Below are positions 13,622-24,428 of a stretch of 37,693 nucleotides of DNA, one piece after another. Source of the DNA: Octopus sinensis. Lineage: Eukaryota. Every line of letters begins with the position of its first letter. Position 1 is the first letter of the stretch. Location: contig NW_021829660.1 of NCBI RefSeq assembly GCF_006345805.1, forward strand, positions 1 to 37,693, read 5' to 3'. Under the pieces are notes generated by a model that made no database searches, was not told the origin of the DNA, and saw only the letters and a list, made by a program, of their open reading frames with translations. The position numbers and the translations under genes are program-made.

Positions 13622-13955
13622 CTCCCTCCACTTCCTTGTCCGACTGGGGTAGGCAATTATCTCCTCTCTAGCAAAACAGTTATCTCTGGCTGTCCATCAC
13701 ACTCCAACCACTCGCCTGACACACGGCCACTTCTCTGTTTCTTCCTGTCTCTCGCAGAGAGATTTTTGTCCTGGAAGCCACTTCGTAACCTCTGCAAAAG
13801 TCCTGTGAGCAATATACTTGTTGTAAGCTGAGACTTCGACTGGCCATATTCTCTTTAATCTCCTGGAATAGTCATTCCTAGTCCTCTCCTTATTTATGGG
13901 TCTATCATATCTGACATTCTCATCTCGTCCAGGATATTGTAATTGTCACCTGACT
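13200..13955. mobile_element. Probable Penelope-like remnants: minus-strand hammerhead-bearing end abutting a plus-strand pyrimidine-rich segment
   Basis: Hammerhead at 13374-13461, both ends in microsatellites, and architecture similar to 16130-17245. No ORF. Confidence 0.4.
13374..13461 (-). ncRNA. Type I hammerhead ribozyme motif
   Basis: Minus strand: CTGATGA, helix II GAAGA...TCTTC, GAAAC-GTAT-GTC then GGAAG. GUC triplet; ACGUAUGU is self-complementary with G-U pairs. Confidence 0.8.
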
Positions 13956-13979
13956 CTCTCTCTCTCTCTCTCCCTCTCT

Positions 13980-14032
<53 letters not shown>

Positions 14033-14448
14033 GGATGCGTTGCCTTCGATCACATAATAATATAAATAACATAAATTTACAAGTAATCAATCAAAAATAA
14101 TTTTGTAAGAACTTGTTTAGTTTGCATAACTATTCCATCACTATGTGCATCATAATGCGAATTATCTTTGCTTATAATTATTTCGGTTTCGTACTTTCGC
14201 TGTTATATAGATACGACTTCATCATAAATCTAGTTTTTCTTTTTTTTTTTATTATCATGGTAATTTGCATGCAATATGAAATAAGTTTCTTTTTATATAC
14301 TTTGGCATGAAAAGTGTTATAATGAATTTACTTATTCGAAGTTAAAGATCATGTTTTGTACATTTTCAGATTTTTATATTCAGAACTCGGCGTAATAATT
14401 ATCGTGACATCGTAATTCAAACATGAGTTTCTTTCCGTTTTAAGATGT

Positions 14449-14664
14449 CACAGAATGTTCAACATATAATGATCCCAATATTTTTGAGCAACAATTCTAT
14501 TGAAAGCTGCCATTAGTATTTGTACACAATTGTTTTGTTAAAATTGAGTATACGACAATTTAATATAACTTAATTTCGACGAACTAAACAAATTTCTTGT
14601 GATAAAACGATACCACAGAATGTACAGCATATAGTGATTCCAATATTTTTGAGCAACAATGCTA
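14449..14664. repeat. Direct duplication of about 51 bp, period 165
   Basis: CACAGAATGT..A.CATATA.TGAT.CCAATATTTTTGAGCAACAAT at 14449 and 14614. Confidence 0.8.
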
Positions 14665-14733
14665 GCCCCATACTTTTTAAGGTTTATTATGACATTCTGT
14701 AACCCTTTTGAGTATGCGCATTTTTCAATTCTA

Positions 14734-14771
<38 letters not shown>

Positions 14772-15114
14772 GAAATATTAAAATTACTAAGTCTCTATAA
14801 AAGAGATTATGGCAGCGTTTACTGGAAATTAATTGTTATCGCCATATTAATATGGCATTCTTATAGATATAAGAATAATCGCTGCCATGGTCAGCTCCAT
14901 GAGGCCACCGCCATCAAGATAGCTATTGATACACGATCTGTATCCATTATAACCTTCGAACAAGGGAGGTCAGCCGCTTCACACTGCCAGTCCGACAGCT
15001 ACATAAGACGGGTAACACTCAACACTCTGGTTAACTCCATCAATGATGACCAATAATATTTCCATTTATAATTATCATAATTGTAATCCAGATGACATTC
15101 ACTGATATAATCTT

Positions 15115-15302
15115 TTCTACTCTAGGCACAAGATCCGAAATCTTTGGTGAGGAGGCCAGTCGATTAGATTGACCCAAGTACGCAACTGGTACTTAATGTA
15201 CATCGACCTCGAAAGGATGAAAGATAAAATCGACTCTGACGGAATTTGAACGCATAACGTAAAGACAGACGAAATACTGCTAAGCATTTCGCCCGCCGCC
15301 TT
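15115..15302 (-). mobile_element. tRNA-derived SINE family B (diverged copy)
   Basis: Reverse complement matches the copy at 27229 (GTTCAAATTCC, TTTCATCCTTTCG.GGTCGAT, AAGTACCAGTT). Confidence 0.8.
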
Positions 15303-15582
15303 ACATTCACTGATATAATGATTACAAATGGTGATGGTGTCATCCATGTGTTTATCATAGATACACACACAGAAGTGAAAGTATTAGCGTGAAATTACTG
15401 TGCAAGATATTATTAGAGTCAGTAATGCAGTCATAACAATTCCACACCTCACTGGTTTTATTCGTGGTGTCTATCTTAGTATTTGTATTAATTTAATCAT
15501 TATAATAACATACAACTAACTGTATGAGGAAGAACAGTTTCCATTCATATATGAGTAAATAGAAAATACACACAAACACGCA

Positions 15583-15631
<49 letters not shown>

Positions 15632-15778
15632 ACACACACACACACTCACACACACAAACGCATAAACGAATTGCAACGATTTCTTATATAGAACTACTAC
15701 AATAATCATTAGAATAACATAAAACTCACTGACTATTGTGGGCTGGTTTCATTATTTACGTTACAAATCGCACAATTA

Positions 15779-15823
<45 letters not shown>

Positions 15824-16129
15824 CAATTATAAAATAGAATTCTGTTTTCTGTTTCAGTTTTTGCTTTCTTCGGTAAGTCAGGAACTTTTGATGAATACCG
15901 TAACAAATAGCAAATAATAGCTTGTACATATTAGCAACCTCAGACATTTTCTATCCAAGAGGAGCTTCCCACCCCAATATTTATATGCTATTATTTATAG
16001 CTTTATGCGATGTATCTCGAGAGCCGATGTTCCAAAAAAGAATCATTTCACCTTCCCTCGACAGTTAATAAAAGTCCCATGACGTAAACAATGTGTATGT
16101 ATGTATGTATGTATGTATGTATGTATGTG

Positions 16130-16558
16130 GTAAATGAAAGACGGAAGATGGAAGATCAAGAATTTTCATTAATCACTGCGACGGTTTCGACACATCTAGC
16201 ATCAACCCCTCACAGACGGGATACTTAACAACTGGTTCAGGAGAATCCGACGGCTCAGATGTGTCTCTTCAGTTGATAAATAGATATAACTCGTTAAAAT
16301 AACAGTTCCGCAAGGTATCTTCTAATTTCGTGTAAAGTAAAACACCAAATTAAAGGATATATCTTCATTTACATTGAGGGAGAAATACTTTCTTTGAAAA
16401 GAGAAAAAGATAGAAGAGAGAAAAAAAACATCCTGTCTTTTGAACGTCCGTGCAGGGAAGGGAAGATGGTTATGTGAGGAAAAGAAAGATGGACGATGGT
16501 CACGTGTGAGCAACGAGAGAGAGAGAGAGGGAGAGAGAAATAGAGAAAGAAAGGAGAC
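16130..16558 (-). mobile_element. Penelope-like terminal remnant carrying a hammerhead
   Basis: Shares an 80-bp block with 16790-16869 in inverted orientation; hammerhead motif near its 3' end; runs into (TACA)n. Confidence 0.6.
16172..16278 (-). ncRNA. Hammerhead ribozyme motif, partly degenerate
   Basis: Minus strand: CTGAAGA, perfect 9-bp helix II GACACATCT/AGATGTGTC around a 57-nt insert, then GAAAC-CGTC. Helices I and III pair poorly. Confidence 0.6.
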
Positions 16559-16591
16559 ATATATATTATTCATTATTATTATTTAATTCAA

Positions 16592-16729
16592 GGCCACGCA
16601 TCCATTTCCAAGTAAGTTTTTCTTCACCTTTTTCATGCGACTCTACTCTATACTGTTTTATTCCCCCATCCTTTTCTAATTCCCTTTTTCCCCTCGTTCT
16701 TTCACAGTTTTCTATCTATCTATCTTTCT

Positions 16730-16764
<35 letters not shown>

Positions 16765-17245
16765 TCCCTTTTCTCTTTTTCCCTCTCTTGTTGCTCACAC
16801 GTGTTCATCGTCCATCTTTCTTTTCCTCACGCAACCATCTTTCCTTTCCTGCACGGACGTTCAAAGGACTGGACTTTCTCTCTCTCTCTCTCTCTTTCTT
16901 TCTCTCTTCTATCTTTTCTCTTTTCAAAGAAAATATTTCCTCTCGTTCTGGTCTAACGACCTCCATGTTTGTTTTCGTTCTATTTCCTTGTATATTTCCA
17001 CTGTCTTGTTATTGTTTCCAACTTAGACCCTCCATAAATTCTAAATTTTATTTTAGAATTTATGTGAACAACTGTCTTTGAAGACTCATATTGTCATTGA
17101 ATGCTCGAAATGAGGAGTAGATAGATAGCCGACAACTGATGAAGGGTCTTTTCTCTGTGTTTACTTGTTTTGTTTTAATTTTTTCCTTCATAATTTACGC
17201 ATTTCATATTGTTGGTACAGTTGGTCATATCCTGTACCCATCTAT
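16592..17245 (+). mobile_element. Penelope-like terminal remnant, related to 20878-21535
   Basis: Shares the start GCCACGCATCC.TTTCCAAGTAAG and the terminal GGAGTAGAT...AACTGATGAAGG and TCCTG.ACCCAT motifs with the minus-strand copy; ends in (TATG)n. Confidence 0.55.
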
Positions 17246-17247
17246 TC

Positions 17248-17278
<31 letters not shown>

Positions 17279-17607
17279 TGTATGTATGTATGTATGTATG
17301 TATGTATGTATGCATGCATGTATGTATGAATGAATGTATGGGTTTCGAAGACAAATGGGACAAATAGAACTCAATTCATGAATGTATATACTATGTGTAT
17401 TTTTATTATTTATTGAGCAAAAGTTACAAAACTGGCAATTATCAAACCTCCCTCCTCTCTCTCTCTCTCTATTTATCTATCTATCTATCTATCTCACAAT
17501 CGCTATTTATACATGTGTGTCTATGTGTGTGTCTATGTGTGTGTCTGTGCGTGTGTGCGTGCGCGCGCGCGTGTCTGTGTGTGTTTGTGTTTGTATTTAT
17601 ACACCTA

Positions 17608-17806
17608 CCATCGCTTGACAACCGGTTGTTGTGTGCTTACGACCCTCTAACTTAGCGGTTCAATAAAAGGGATTAATACAATAAGGGCCAGGCTTTGGAA
17701 AATAAATTCTGATGTCAATTAGGTCTCGACAAAAAAATTTTCAAGGCGGTGCTCCAGCATGACCCCAGTCTAATAGCTGAAACACGTAAAAGATATAAGA
17801 TAAAAG
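17608..17806 (+). mobile_element. SINE family A, diverged 3' half
   Basis: CATCGCTTGACAACCG and AAGGCGGTGCTCCAGCATG are shared with 18154-18300. Confidence 0.8.
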
Positions 17807-17931
17807 GTTTATACATAAACAAACACGTGCGCCACAGCATCAGTGGTTGTCCCCTTCCCAAAATGGCTGTGAGGAACTTACTATCTTCATTTTCAAAACT
17901 CTTCTTCCTACAGGAAATATTTCTCTCTGCA

Positions 17932-18333
17932 CGCAGGAGTGGCTGTGTGGTAAGTAGCTTGCTTACGAACCGCATGGTTCCGGGTTCAGTCTCACTGCGT
18001 GGCGCCTTGGGCAAGTATCTTCTACTATTGCCTCGGGCCGACCAAAGCCTTGTGAGTGGATTTGGTAGACGGAAACTGAAAGAAGCCCGTCATATATATG
18101 TATATATATATGTATGTGTATGTATGTGTGTATGTTTGTGCTTGTCCCCCCAACATCGCTTGACAACCGATGCTGGTGTGTTTACGTCCCCGTCACGTAG
18201 CGGTTCGGCAAAAAGAGACCGATAGAATAAGTACTGGGCTTACAAAGAATAAGACCCAGGGTCGAGTTGCTCGATTAAAGGCGGTGCTCCAGCATGGCCA
18301 CAGTCAAATGACTGAAACAAGTAAAAGTAAAGA
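17932..18333 (+). mobile_element. tRNA-derived SINE family A, near full length, with internal microsatellite
   Basis: A-box-like TGGCTGTGTGG, B-box-like GGTTCAGTC, CCTTGGGCAAGT (resembles the CORE-SINE motif), internal (TA)/(TG) tract and A-rich tail. At least six related copies in the window. Confidence 0.9.
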
Positions 18334-18894
18334 AAGAAAGAAAAGAAAGATACAATGTTAAGCAAAGAAAGACTTATCCTGACTTATCATCAGACCTACA
18401 ATACGTCGACAGTCTTACACATAAGAAAAGCTGTTGGAATATTTCTAAAAGCAGAAGCAATTCTATGTAAATACAACTTGTTTGATGTTGTTCTCCGGAA
18501 CAAGACACAAGTAGTCTTACTCTGTTGTCGAGTTCAGATGACCAACAGATGTAAATGAACTGATTAAATTTGGTGGGAAAAAGACATCGTCTATCACAAA
18601 CTACAGAGAAACTTAAAAGTATTCTACCTTAGCAATACATTCTTATTTATAACCTAACGCTAGAGGTGGACTGAGATATGTGACAAAGAATTTATTGAAA
18701 ACCAGGCTGGCATGCTGGTCCCGTCGCCAGACGGTGGTAGGGACTCACCCCACACCCGCTCGCAATATATCGGATGCAGGTATGCATCGTTAACCAGCAT
18801 GAGGAGGTTAAAATATCCTCTTAGGGTTAAAAAATCGCAGTAAAGTCCGTTCGAACGGAAAAGCCATGTTGAAGTGGCTACGAACATTACTTTA

Positions 18895-19237
18895 TATGTA
18901 TACACACATATGCATACGGATCTATATACATGTGTATATGCATGTATGTATTAATATATATACATACATACATACATGCATGCATGCATGCATGCATACA
19001 TACATACATACATACATACATACATACATACATACATACATACATACATACATGCATACATACATACATACATACATATGTACAGATGTGTGCTTGTGTG
19101 TGTGTGTATATGTGTATGTGCATGTGTGTGTGCATATGTGTATGCATGTGTGTAAGCATGTGTGAGTGTGTGTGTATGTGTAAGTAGACCGTACTCTGCT
19201 GTGCACAAGACACCCCTCTAATTGTTATACACATTCT

Positions 19238-19285
<48 letters not shown>
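18895..19285. repeat. (TACA)n/(TG)n and (TAG)n microsatellites
   Basis: Direct inspection. Confidence 0.9.
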
Positions 19286-19286
<1 letters not shown>

Positions 19287-19473
19287 GTGAACTAGTAATC
19301 CAACACTGCTCCCCACTACCACCACCACCACCACCGCAGCAGCTGGTTTAGTGTAAATCTCGTAAGTCTGACAGATCAAAGGAATTATTGCATACTACAT
19401 GAACTTTGATCTACCGCTGCATACCTGCCTGCATCGAAATATAATCATTATCATTGTTATTACTTCTTCGTGC

Positions 19474-19475
<2 letters not shown>

Positions 19476-19521
<46 letters not shown>

Positions 19522-20166
19522 TTTTTTTTTCTTCTTTCAAATTGTCTTCCATTTCTTGCCGAGTGTCTTCCCGACTCCTAGGGCAAAGAAACTCATAGTG
19601 TATATTGGTAGGCCATTAAACCAAACTCGTTCGTTCATTTTTTTTTTTTTTTTTTTAAGTTAAATTAAAATACATGAGCAGCAACAGTTCTCACATCGAC
19701 AATGCTCTTCTTAATACGTGTGATGTACCAGTTAAGACAATCTTTTGCACTTCTTGCAGGGATGGTAAGCCAGGGATCATTCTCATATAATTTTTGGTTC
19801 CCTTCTTGATCATTCCTAGTGCTCCTACGATCACTGGTATTGTAACCGCCTTGAGATGCCACATTTTCTCAATTTCAATGAGTAGGTCTTTATATTTTCT
19901 GAGCTTGTCAAACTCTTTCGCTGAGATATTATGATCACAGGGGATGCTCATGTCGATCAATAAGCAAACTTTATTGTTTTGGTCTTTCACAACAATATCT
20001 GGTTTATTGGCCTTGATGGTTCGGTCTGTATGTACAGGAAAGTCCCACAGAATGGTTACATTTTCTCCTCCAGTTACAGCCTCAGGGTGGTGATTATACC
20101 ACTTGTCGGCAGTTTTGATATTGTAATGCCGACTTATTAGCCAGTGGAGATATTAGCCAGTGGAGA
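19476..20166 (-). mobile_element. 5'-truncated R4/Dong-type LINE (copy A) with (TAA)n tail
   Basis: Uninterrupted frame 20152->19691: YLHWLISRHY..KWYNHHP..ILWDFPVHTDRTIKANKPDIVV..LIDMSIP..EFDKLRKYKDL..IPVIVGALG..LRRALSM. This is a PD-(D/E) restriction-like endonuclease. 3' UTR 19521-19690; tail 19476-19520. Confidence 0.9.
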
Positions 20167-20223
<57 letters not shown>

Positions 20224-20225
20224 CA

Positions 20226-20295
<70 letters not shown>

Positions 20296-20324
20296 CATCA
20301 TCATTATTATTATTATTATTATCA

Positions 20325-20377
<53 letters not shown>

Positions 20378-20409
20378 TTAATATCCTCATTATCATCATC
20401 ATCATCATT
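20167..20409. repeat. (TTA)n/(TCA)n tract between the two LINE copies
   Basis: Direct inspection. Confidence 0.95.
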
Positions 20410-20820
20410 AAAGGCGTCGTACAGTATCGAATACTGTGATGTTGTTAATTGAAGATATTGTGTCTACCGGAGTTTTGTACTGTCGGTCAAGTCACAAGAA
20501 CCTCAGGCAGACAGTACTTTACGCAATATGCGTGCAGTTCCAAGTAATGCCGATTTTTGCAATACATCTAGATTGTAGGGTATTTCTAAAGTTTCCAGAT
20601 GTTTCTTCAGGTTGGGTGGTATTGAACCCAATGCTCCGATGACAATAGGGATAACCTTTATGTTTGACTCTCGTAGCTGCCACCTCTTGGCAATCTCAAT
20701 TCTCAGGTCTCCATATTTATCAGTCTTTTCTCTGTCTTTCGTGATAATACATTTATCTCCTGGCACTGTCACATCGATTATGAGGCACTCTTGTTTATCT
20801 CTCCTAATGGTTACTATATC
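20410..20820 (-). mobile_element. 5'-truncated R4/Dong-type LINE (copy B, different subfamily)
   Basis: DIVTIRRDKQECLIIDVTVPGD...KYGDLRIEI..W...IPIVIGALG...QKSALLGTARILRKVL; 3' UTR differs from copy A; followed by a (TGA/TAA)n tail. Confidence 0.9.
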
Positions 20821-20877
20821 CTCCATCCTTTTCTAATTCCCCTTTTCCCCTCGTTCTTTCACATACATACATACATA

Positions 20878-21535
20878 TATGGGTGCAGGACATAAAAAAA
20901 CGTTGAACACAATGAGAAACGAAAACATAAAAACAAAAACATAGAAAACGAACTTTTTTTCGAACAACGAAAAAAACAAACAGAGAAACGAGACATGCAA
21001 CATAAAGAATATTCTCCTTCATCAGTTTTCCCTGTTTCATCTACTCCGCGTTCGAAGGCAAGGCCAATACGCGACTTCGTTGAAACAGTCCTTCCCGCAA
21101 AGCAAATTAAATAGAATTTGGGATTGTTTGCGGAGGGTGAAAGTGGTAACAAAAACAGGACAGTGAGAACAAGACAGCAAAAACAAATGGCAAGGGTTGT
21201 TAAGCCAAGGTGATAGAAAAATTATGAACGCTAGGAAGACGAACTTATGAGAGGAGACAGGTATAAGCACGTGTTCTCTTTAGGAAGGAAGTGGGCAGGA
21301 AGATAGATTTTCTTTCGTCACGTGTCAGCGACGCGAGAGTCTAGGAGGAAGAGTGAGAGAGAGGGAACGGTGAAGAGGAGAGAAGAATAAGGAAGGGTGA
21401 GAGAGAAAACCAGAAATGATGAAGAACAAGAGAAGGAGAGAGATAAATAGAGAAGAGATAGTAGAGACAGAAGAATGCGCATCGTAATTATTAAGATAAA
21501 GCTTACTTGGAAAAGGATGCGTGGCGTTCAATCAT
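20878..21535 (-). mobile_element. Penelope-like terminal remnant
   Basis: Homologous to 16592-17245; a partial tandem copy of its 3' end lies at 21608-21697; bounded by (TA)/(TACA) tracts. Confidence 0.55.
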
Positions 21536-21607
21536 ATAATAATATAATATATAAATATATGCATATATACATACATATATGTACATATGTATATATATAC
21601 ATGCGTA

Positions 21608-21697
21608 TATGGGCACAGGACATCAAAAAACGTTGAGCACAATGAGAAACGAAAACATAAAAACAAAACATAGAAAACGAACTTTTTTTCGAACAAC
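21608..21697 (-). repeat. Direct partial copy of 20878-20968
   Basis: TATGGG..CAGGACAT.AAAAAACGTTGA.CACAATGAGAAACGAAAACATAAAAAC...TTTTCGAACAAC, about 90 bp and near-identical. Confidence 0.9.
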
Positions 21698-21699
21698 AA

Positions 21700-22536
21700 T
21701 TTTTTCGTATGAGTACAAACTGGATCGCTCTACCGCAGAAGCTCTAAGGAATATCAATCGGGCGTTTGGTAATGGTCTTTTTGACATCAGAACTATTCAG
21801 AGATGGTTCCAAAGCTCTCGTTCGTGAGATGATAGCATTGAAAATAAAGAAAGGGGTAGGCTAAAATCAGTTATTCGGCATGATGGATTAAATGCTTTGG
21901 TTGAGCAAAATCTGTGAACAAAAGTTCGAAAACTTTCATCAGAACTCCAAACATCTCGCACAACTTTTTTTGGACACCTGTAAAACAATTAGAAAAGTCA
22001 AGAAAACAAATAGGTTTGTTCCACTTCAACTGAACGAGATTTAAAAAAAAAAACAGATGCTCCGAAGTGTGCTATTTATTGCTTTCTCGACTGGAAAACG
22101 ACCATATTTGCATCAAATCATTATTTGTGATGAGAAATTGATACTCTTTGACAACAGCAGGAGAACAGGACAGTGATTAGATGCAGGAGAGTCACATAAA
22201 CATTACCCAACCCCACCATTGCACCCTAAAAAGCTCATAAGATTTTGCAACATCCTCCCTATTCCCCTACTGATCATCACTTATTTAAGCATTTAGAGCT
22301 TTTCATAGTCAATAAAACATTCTTAAATAGAGAAGAGATAATTGAAGCATTCGGACAGTTTATCACAGCAAAAGATGAAATATTTTTTAAAGATGGAATA
22401 TATGACAAAGAGAAACGTTGGGTAAACGCCATAAATGAACATGAATCATACTTTGATTATATAAATCAGTTCTCTACACTTCTGAAACATTGTATTGTTA
22501 CCTTTCAAATACGACATTTCATGTGAAACAACCTTA
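21700..22536 (+). mobile_element. Decayed mariner transposon (transposase pseudogene; 5' TIR lost, internal deletion)
   Basis: HTH region YEYKLDRSTAEALRNINRAFG..RTIQRWF; catalytic IIICDEK; LHPKK joined directly to LQHPPYSP-TDHHLF (the HDNA segment is missing); stops and frameshifts. Ends CAACCTTA then TA, like a mariner TIR. Confidence 0.9.
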
Positions 22537-22681
22537 TATTTATATACACCCATAATATACGAATACATACACACATACACTCAAACAGATAAACACACCA
22601 ATACACACACACACATAAATATACATATATATATATATATATACGCACACATACAGATATAGATATACATACATATATATA

Positions 22682-22728
<47 letters not shown>

Positions 22729-23404
22729 ATTCATAAATATATACTGCAGTCATACATATAGACACACACCTGCATAGAAGTACATACATGCGTATAGAAG
22801 TATATGTGTGTGAGACGATATGTGCATATATTTACGTATGTGTATGTCACTATTCCTGTCTCTCCCCCACCCCCACTTGCACTTCCCTGTCTTTCCTCGC
22901 TCTTTCTCTCGCTTTCTCTCTCTCTCACTCTCTCTCTCTCTCTCTCATCCTCTTTAATGATTCACATCAAGTACAAACATATGACTGCAAGATGACTGGC
23001 TGAGTAATGGTGGCGTTGGTGTGTGTGTTTGTGGGGGGGGGGGTGTAAGGAGGGGGTGTCATCTAAGGACAAACGGATGACTTTCATGAATCAAGAGTAA
23101 ACCATCACCACCACCACCACCACCACCAACACCAGCAACAAAACAGCAACACCACCTACCAAACTAACACCATCGCCAACACCAACACCACCATCAACAA
23201 CAACAACAACACTCCACCATCACAACCGCTACCACCACCACTACTACCACCATTTCTACAAGGAAGTTTCGTGACAGTTCCTTGACCACTGAGAAATGGC
23301 GAGAAACTTGCCCTCAAAACCACCCCGTTAAATACCCACAAATACCCACCAGTCACATACATACAGAAACAAGGGACTTGATAAGCAACAACACCATCAA
23401 CACC

Positions 23405-23656
23405 ACCACTTACATACCAAAATACTCACATACATTCATAAGTACATAGATACGTATGTACATACATACATGCGTATAGACGTGCACGCATGCATACGCA
23501 TGTACAAATATCCATACATACATACTTACACGCACACATACACATACATACATACACACACACACAAACATACAGACAGACAGGTATACATACACACACA
23601 CGCATACATACATACATACATACATACATACATACATACATACATACATACATACA

Positions 23657-23688
<32 letters not shown>

Positions 23689-23732
23689 CATACATATATA
23701 TACATACATACATATATACATACATACATATC
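23405..23732. repeat. (TACA)n/(CA)n microsatellite
   Basis: Direct inspection. Confidence 0.9.
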
Positions 23733-24125
23733 ATGAACTAACTGTAACTTTCTCAGAAGCAGCACGAAATTTTGTTAGTTAATAGGTCACTGTCTCAGAG
23801 AGACGAAAATATTTTGACAAATTAAATTTAAATGTTGAAGTGAATCTAACGGTTTTTGTGTGTGTTTTTAATGGTTTATAAACACCTTCCACGCTGCAAT
23901 TTGTTTCAGGACCACAATCTCAGATGCAAGTCACTTCTAGGCAAGACAGCTCTCTCCTCGCTCGGCAATCTCTCTCTCTCTCAGTCATCTCTCCAGGCTT
24001 CCTCTCTCTCTCTCCTCTCTCTCCTCTCTCTCTCCTCTCTCTCTCTCCGTCTCCTCCTCTCTCTCTCTCTCTCTCCTGTCCTCAAATCTCTCTCTCTCTC
24101 TGTATATATAGATATATATGATAAT

Positions 24126-24285
24126 ACCCCCCTCGGTCATGACTGACCATGGATTGCACCTAAAAAGTTACCTTCCCGGGCAATCCGGGCAAGGTTGTTT
24201 ATGGAAGACCAACAGTCACCCATGCTACCGGCCTTCCCCCTTCCACGCCACCAGTGACGTTCTAACCACTGAGCCATGCGCCTTC
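24126..24285 (-). mobile_element. Internally deleted SINE of a third family (tRNA head fused to tail)
   Basis: Minus strand begins AAGGCGCATGGCTCAGTGGTTAG (A box) and runs straight into a GC-rich tail with no B box. Family assignment is from recall. Confidence 0.5.
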
Positions 24286-24301
24286 ACTATATACACTATA
24301 T

Positions 24302-24378
24302 AATGTTTCAACTATTGCTTCGAGCCAAACAAAGCCTTATGAGTGGATTTGGTAGATGCAAGCTGAAGGAAGCCTGTG

Positions 24379-24428
<50 letters not shown>

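Noticed and set aside
14449-14664. CRISPR-like repeat-spacer array (also 24543-24682)
   Set aside because: Too few or too degenerate units, no unique spacers, no cas genes, eukaryotic context.
14775-15065. Probable interspersed repeat after a (TA)n tract (also 2088-2240 and 29925-30040)
   Set aside because: No second copy, ORF or diagnostic motif within the window, so they cannot be classified.
17072-17145. SECIS element or C/D-box snoRNA reading of the UGA/GA motifs
   Set aside because: No 11-13 bp helix with apical AAR after the putative core, the second copy has ACGAA rather than RUGA, and no properly spaced C and D boxes are present.
17932-18000. tRNA genes at SINE heads
   Set aside because: A and B boxes are present, but there is no cloverleaf and they continue into SINE bodies.
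12811-18575. Shared peptide TKFNQFI (plus strand 12811; minus strand near 18570) with synonymous-looking differences
   Set aside because: Opposite strands, no similarity beyond about 9 codons, and AT-rich codons make such a match plausible by chance.
18705-18805. HDV-like ribozyme
   Set aside because: About 50 nt lie between the putative P2 5' strand and P4, too long for P3/L3/P1, and there is no clear catalytic C in the joiner.
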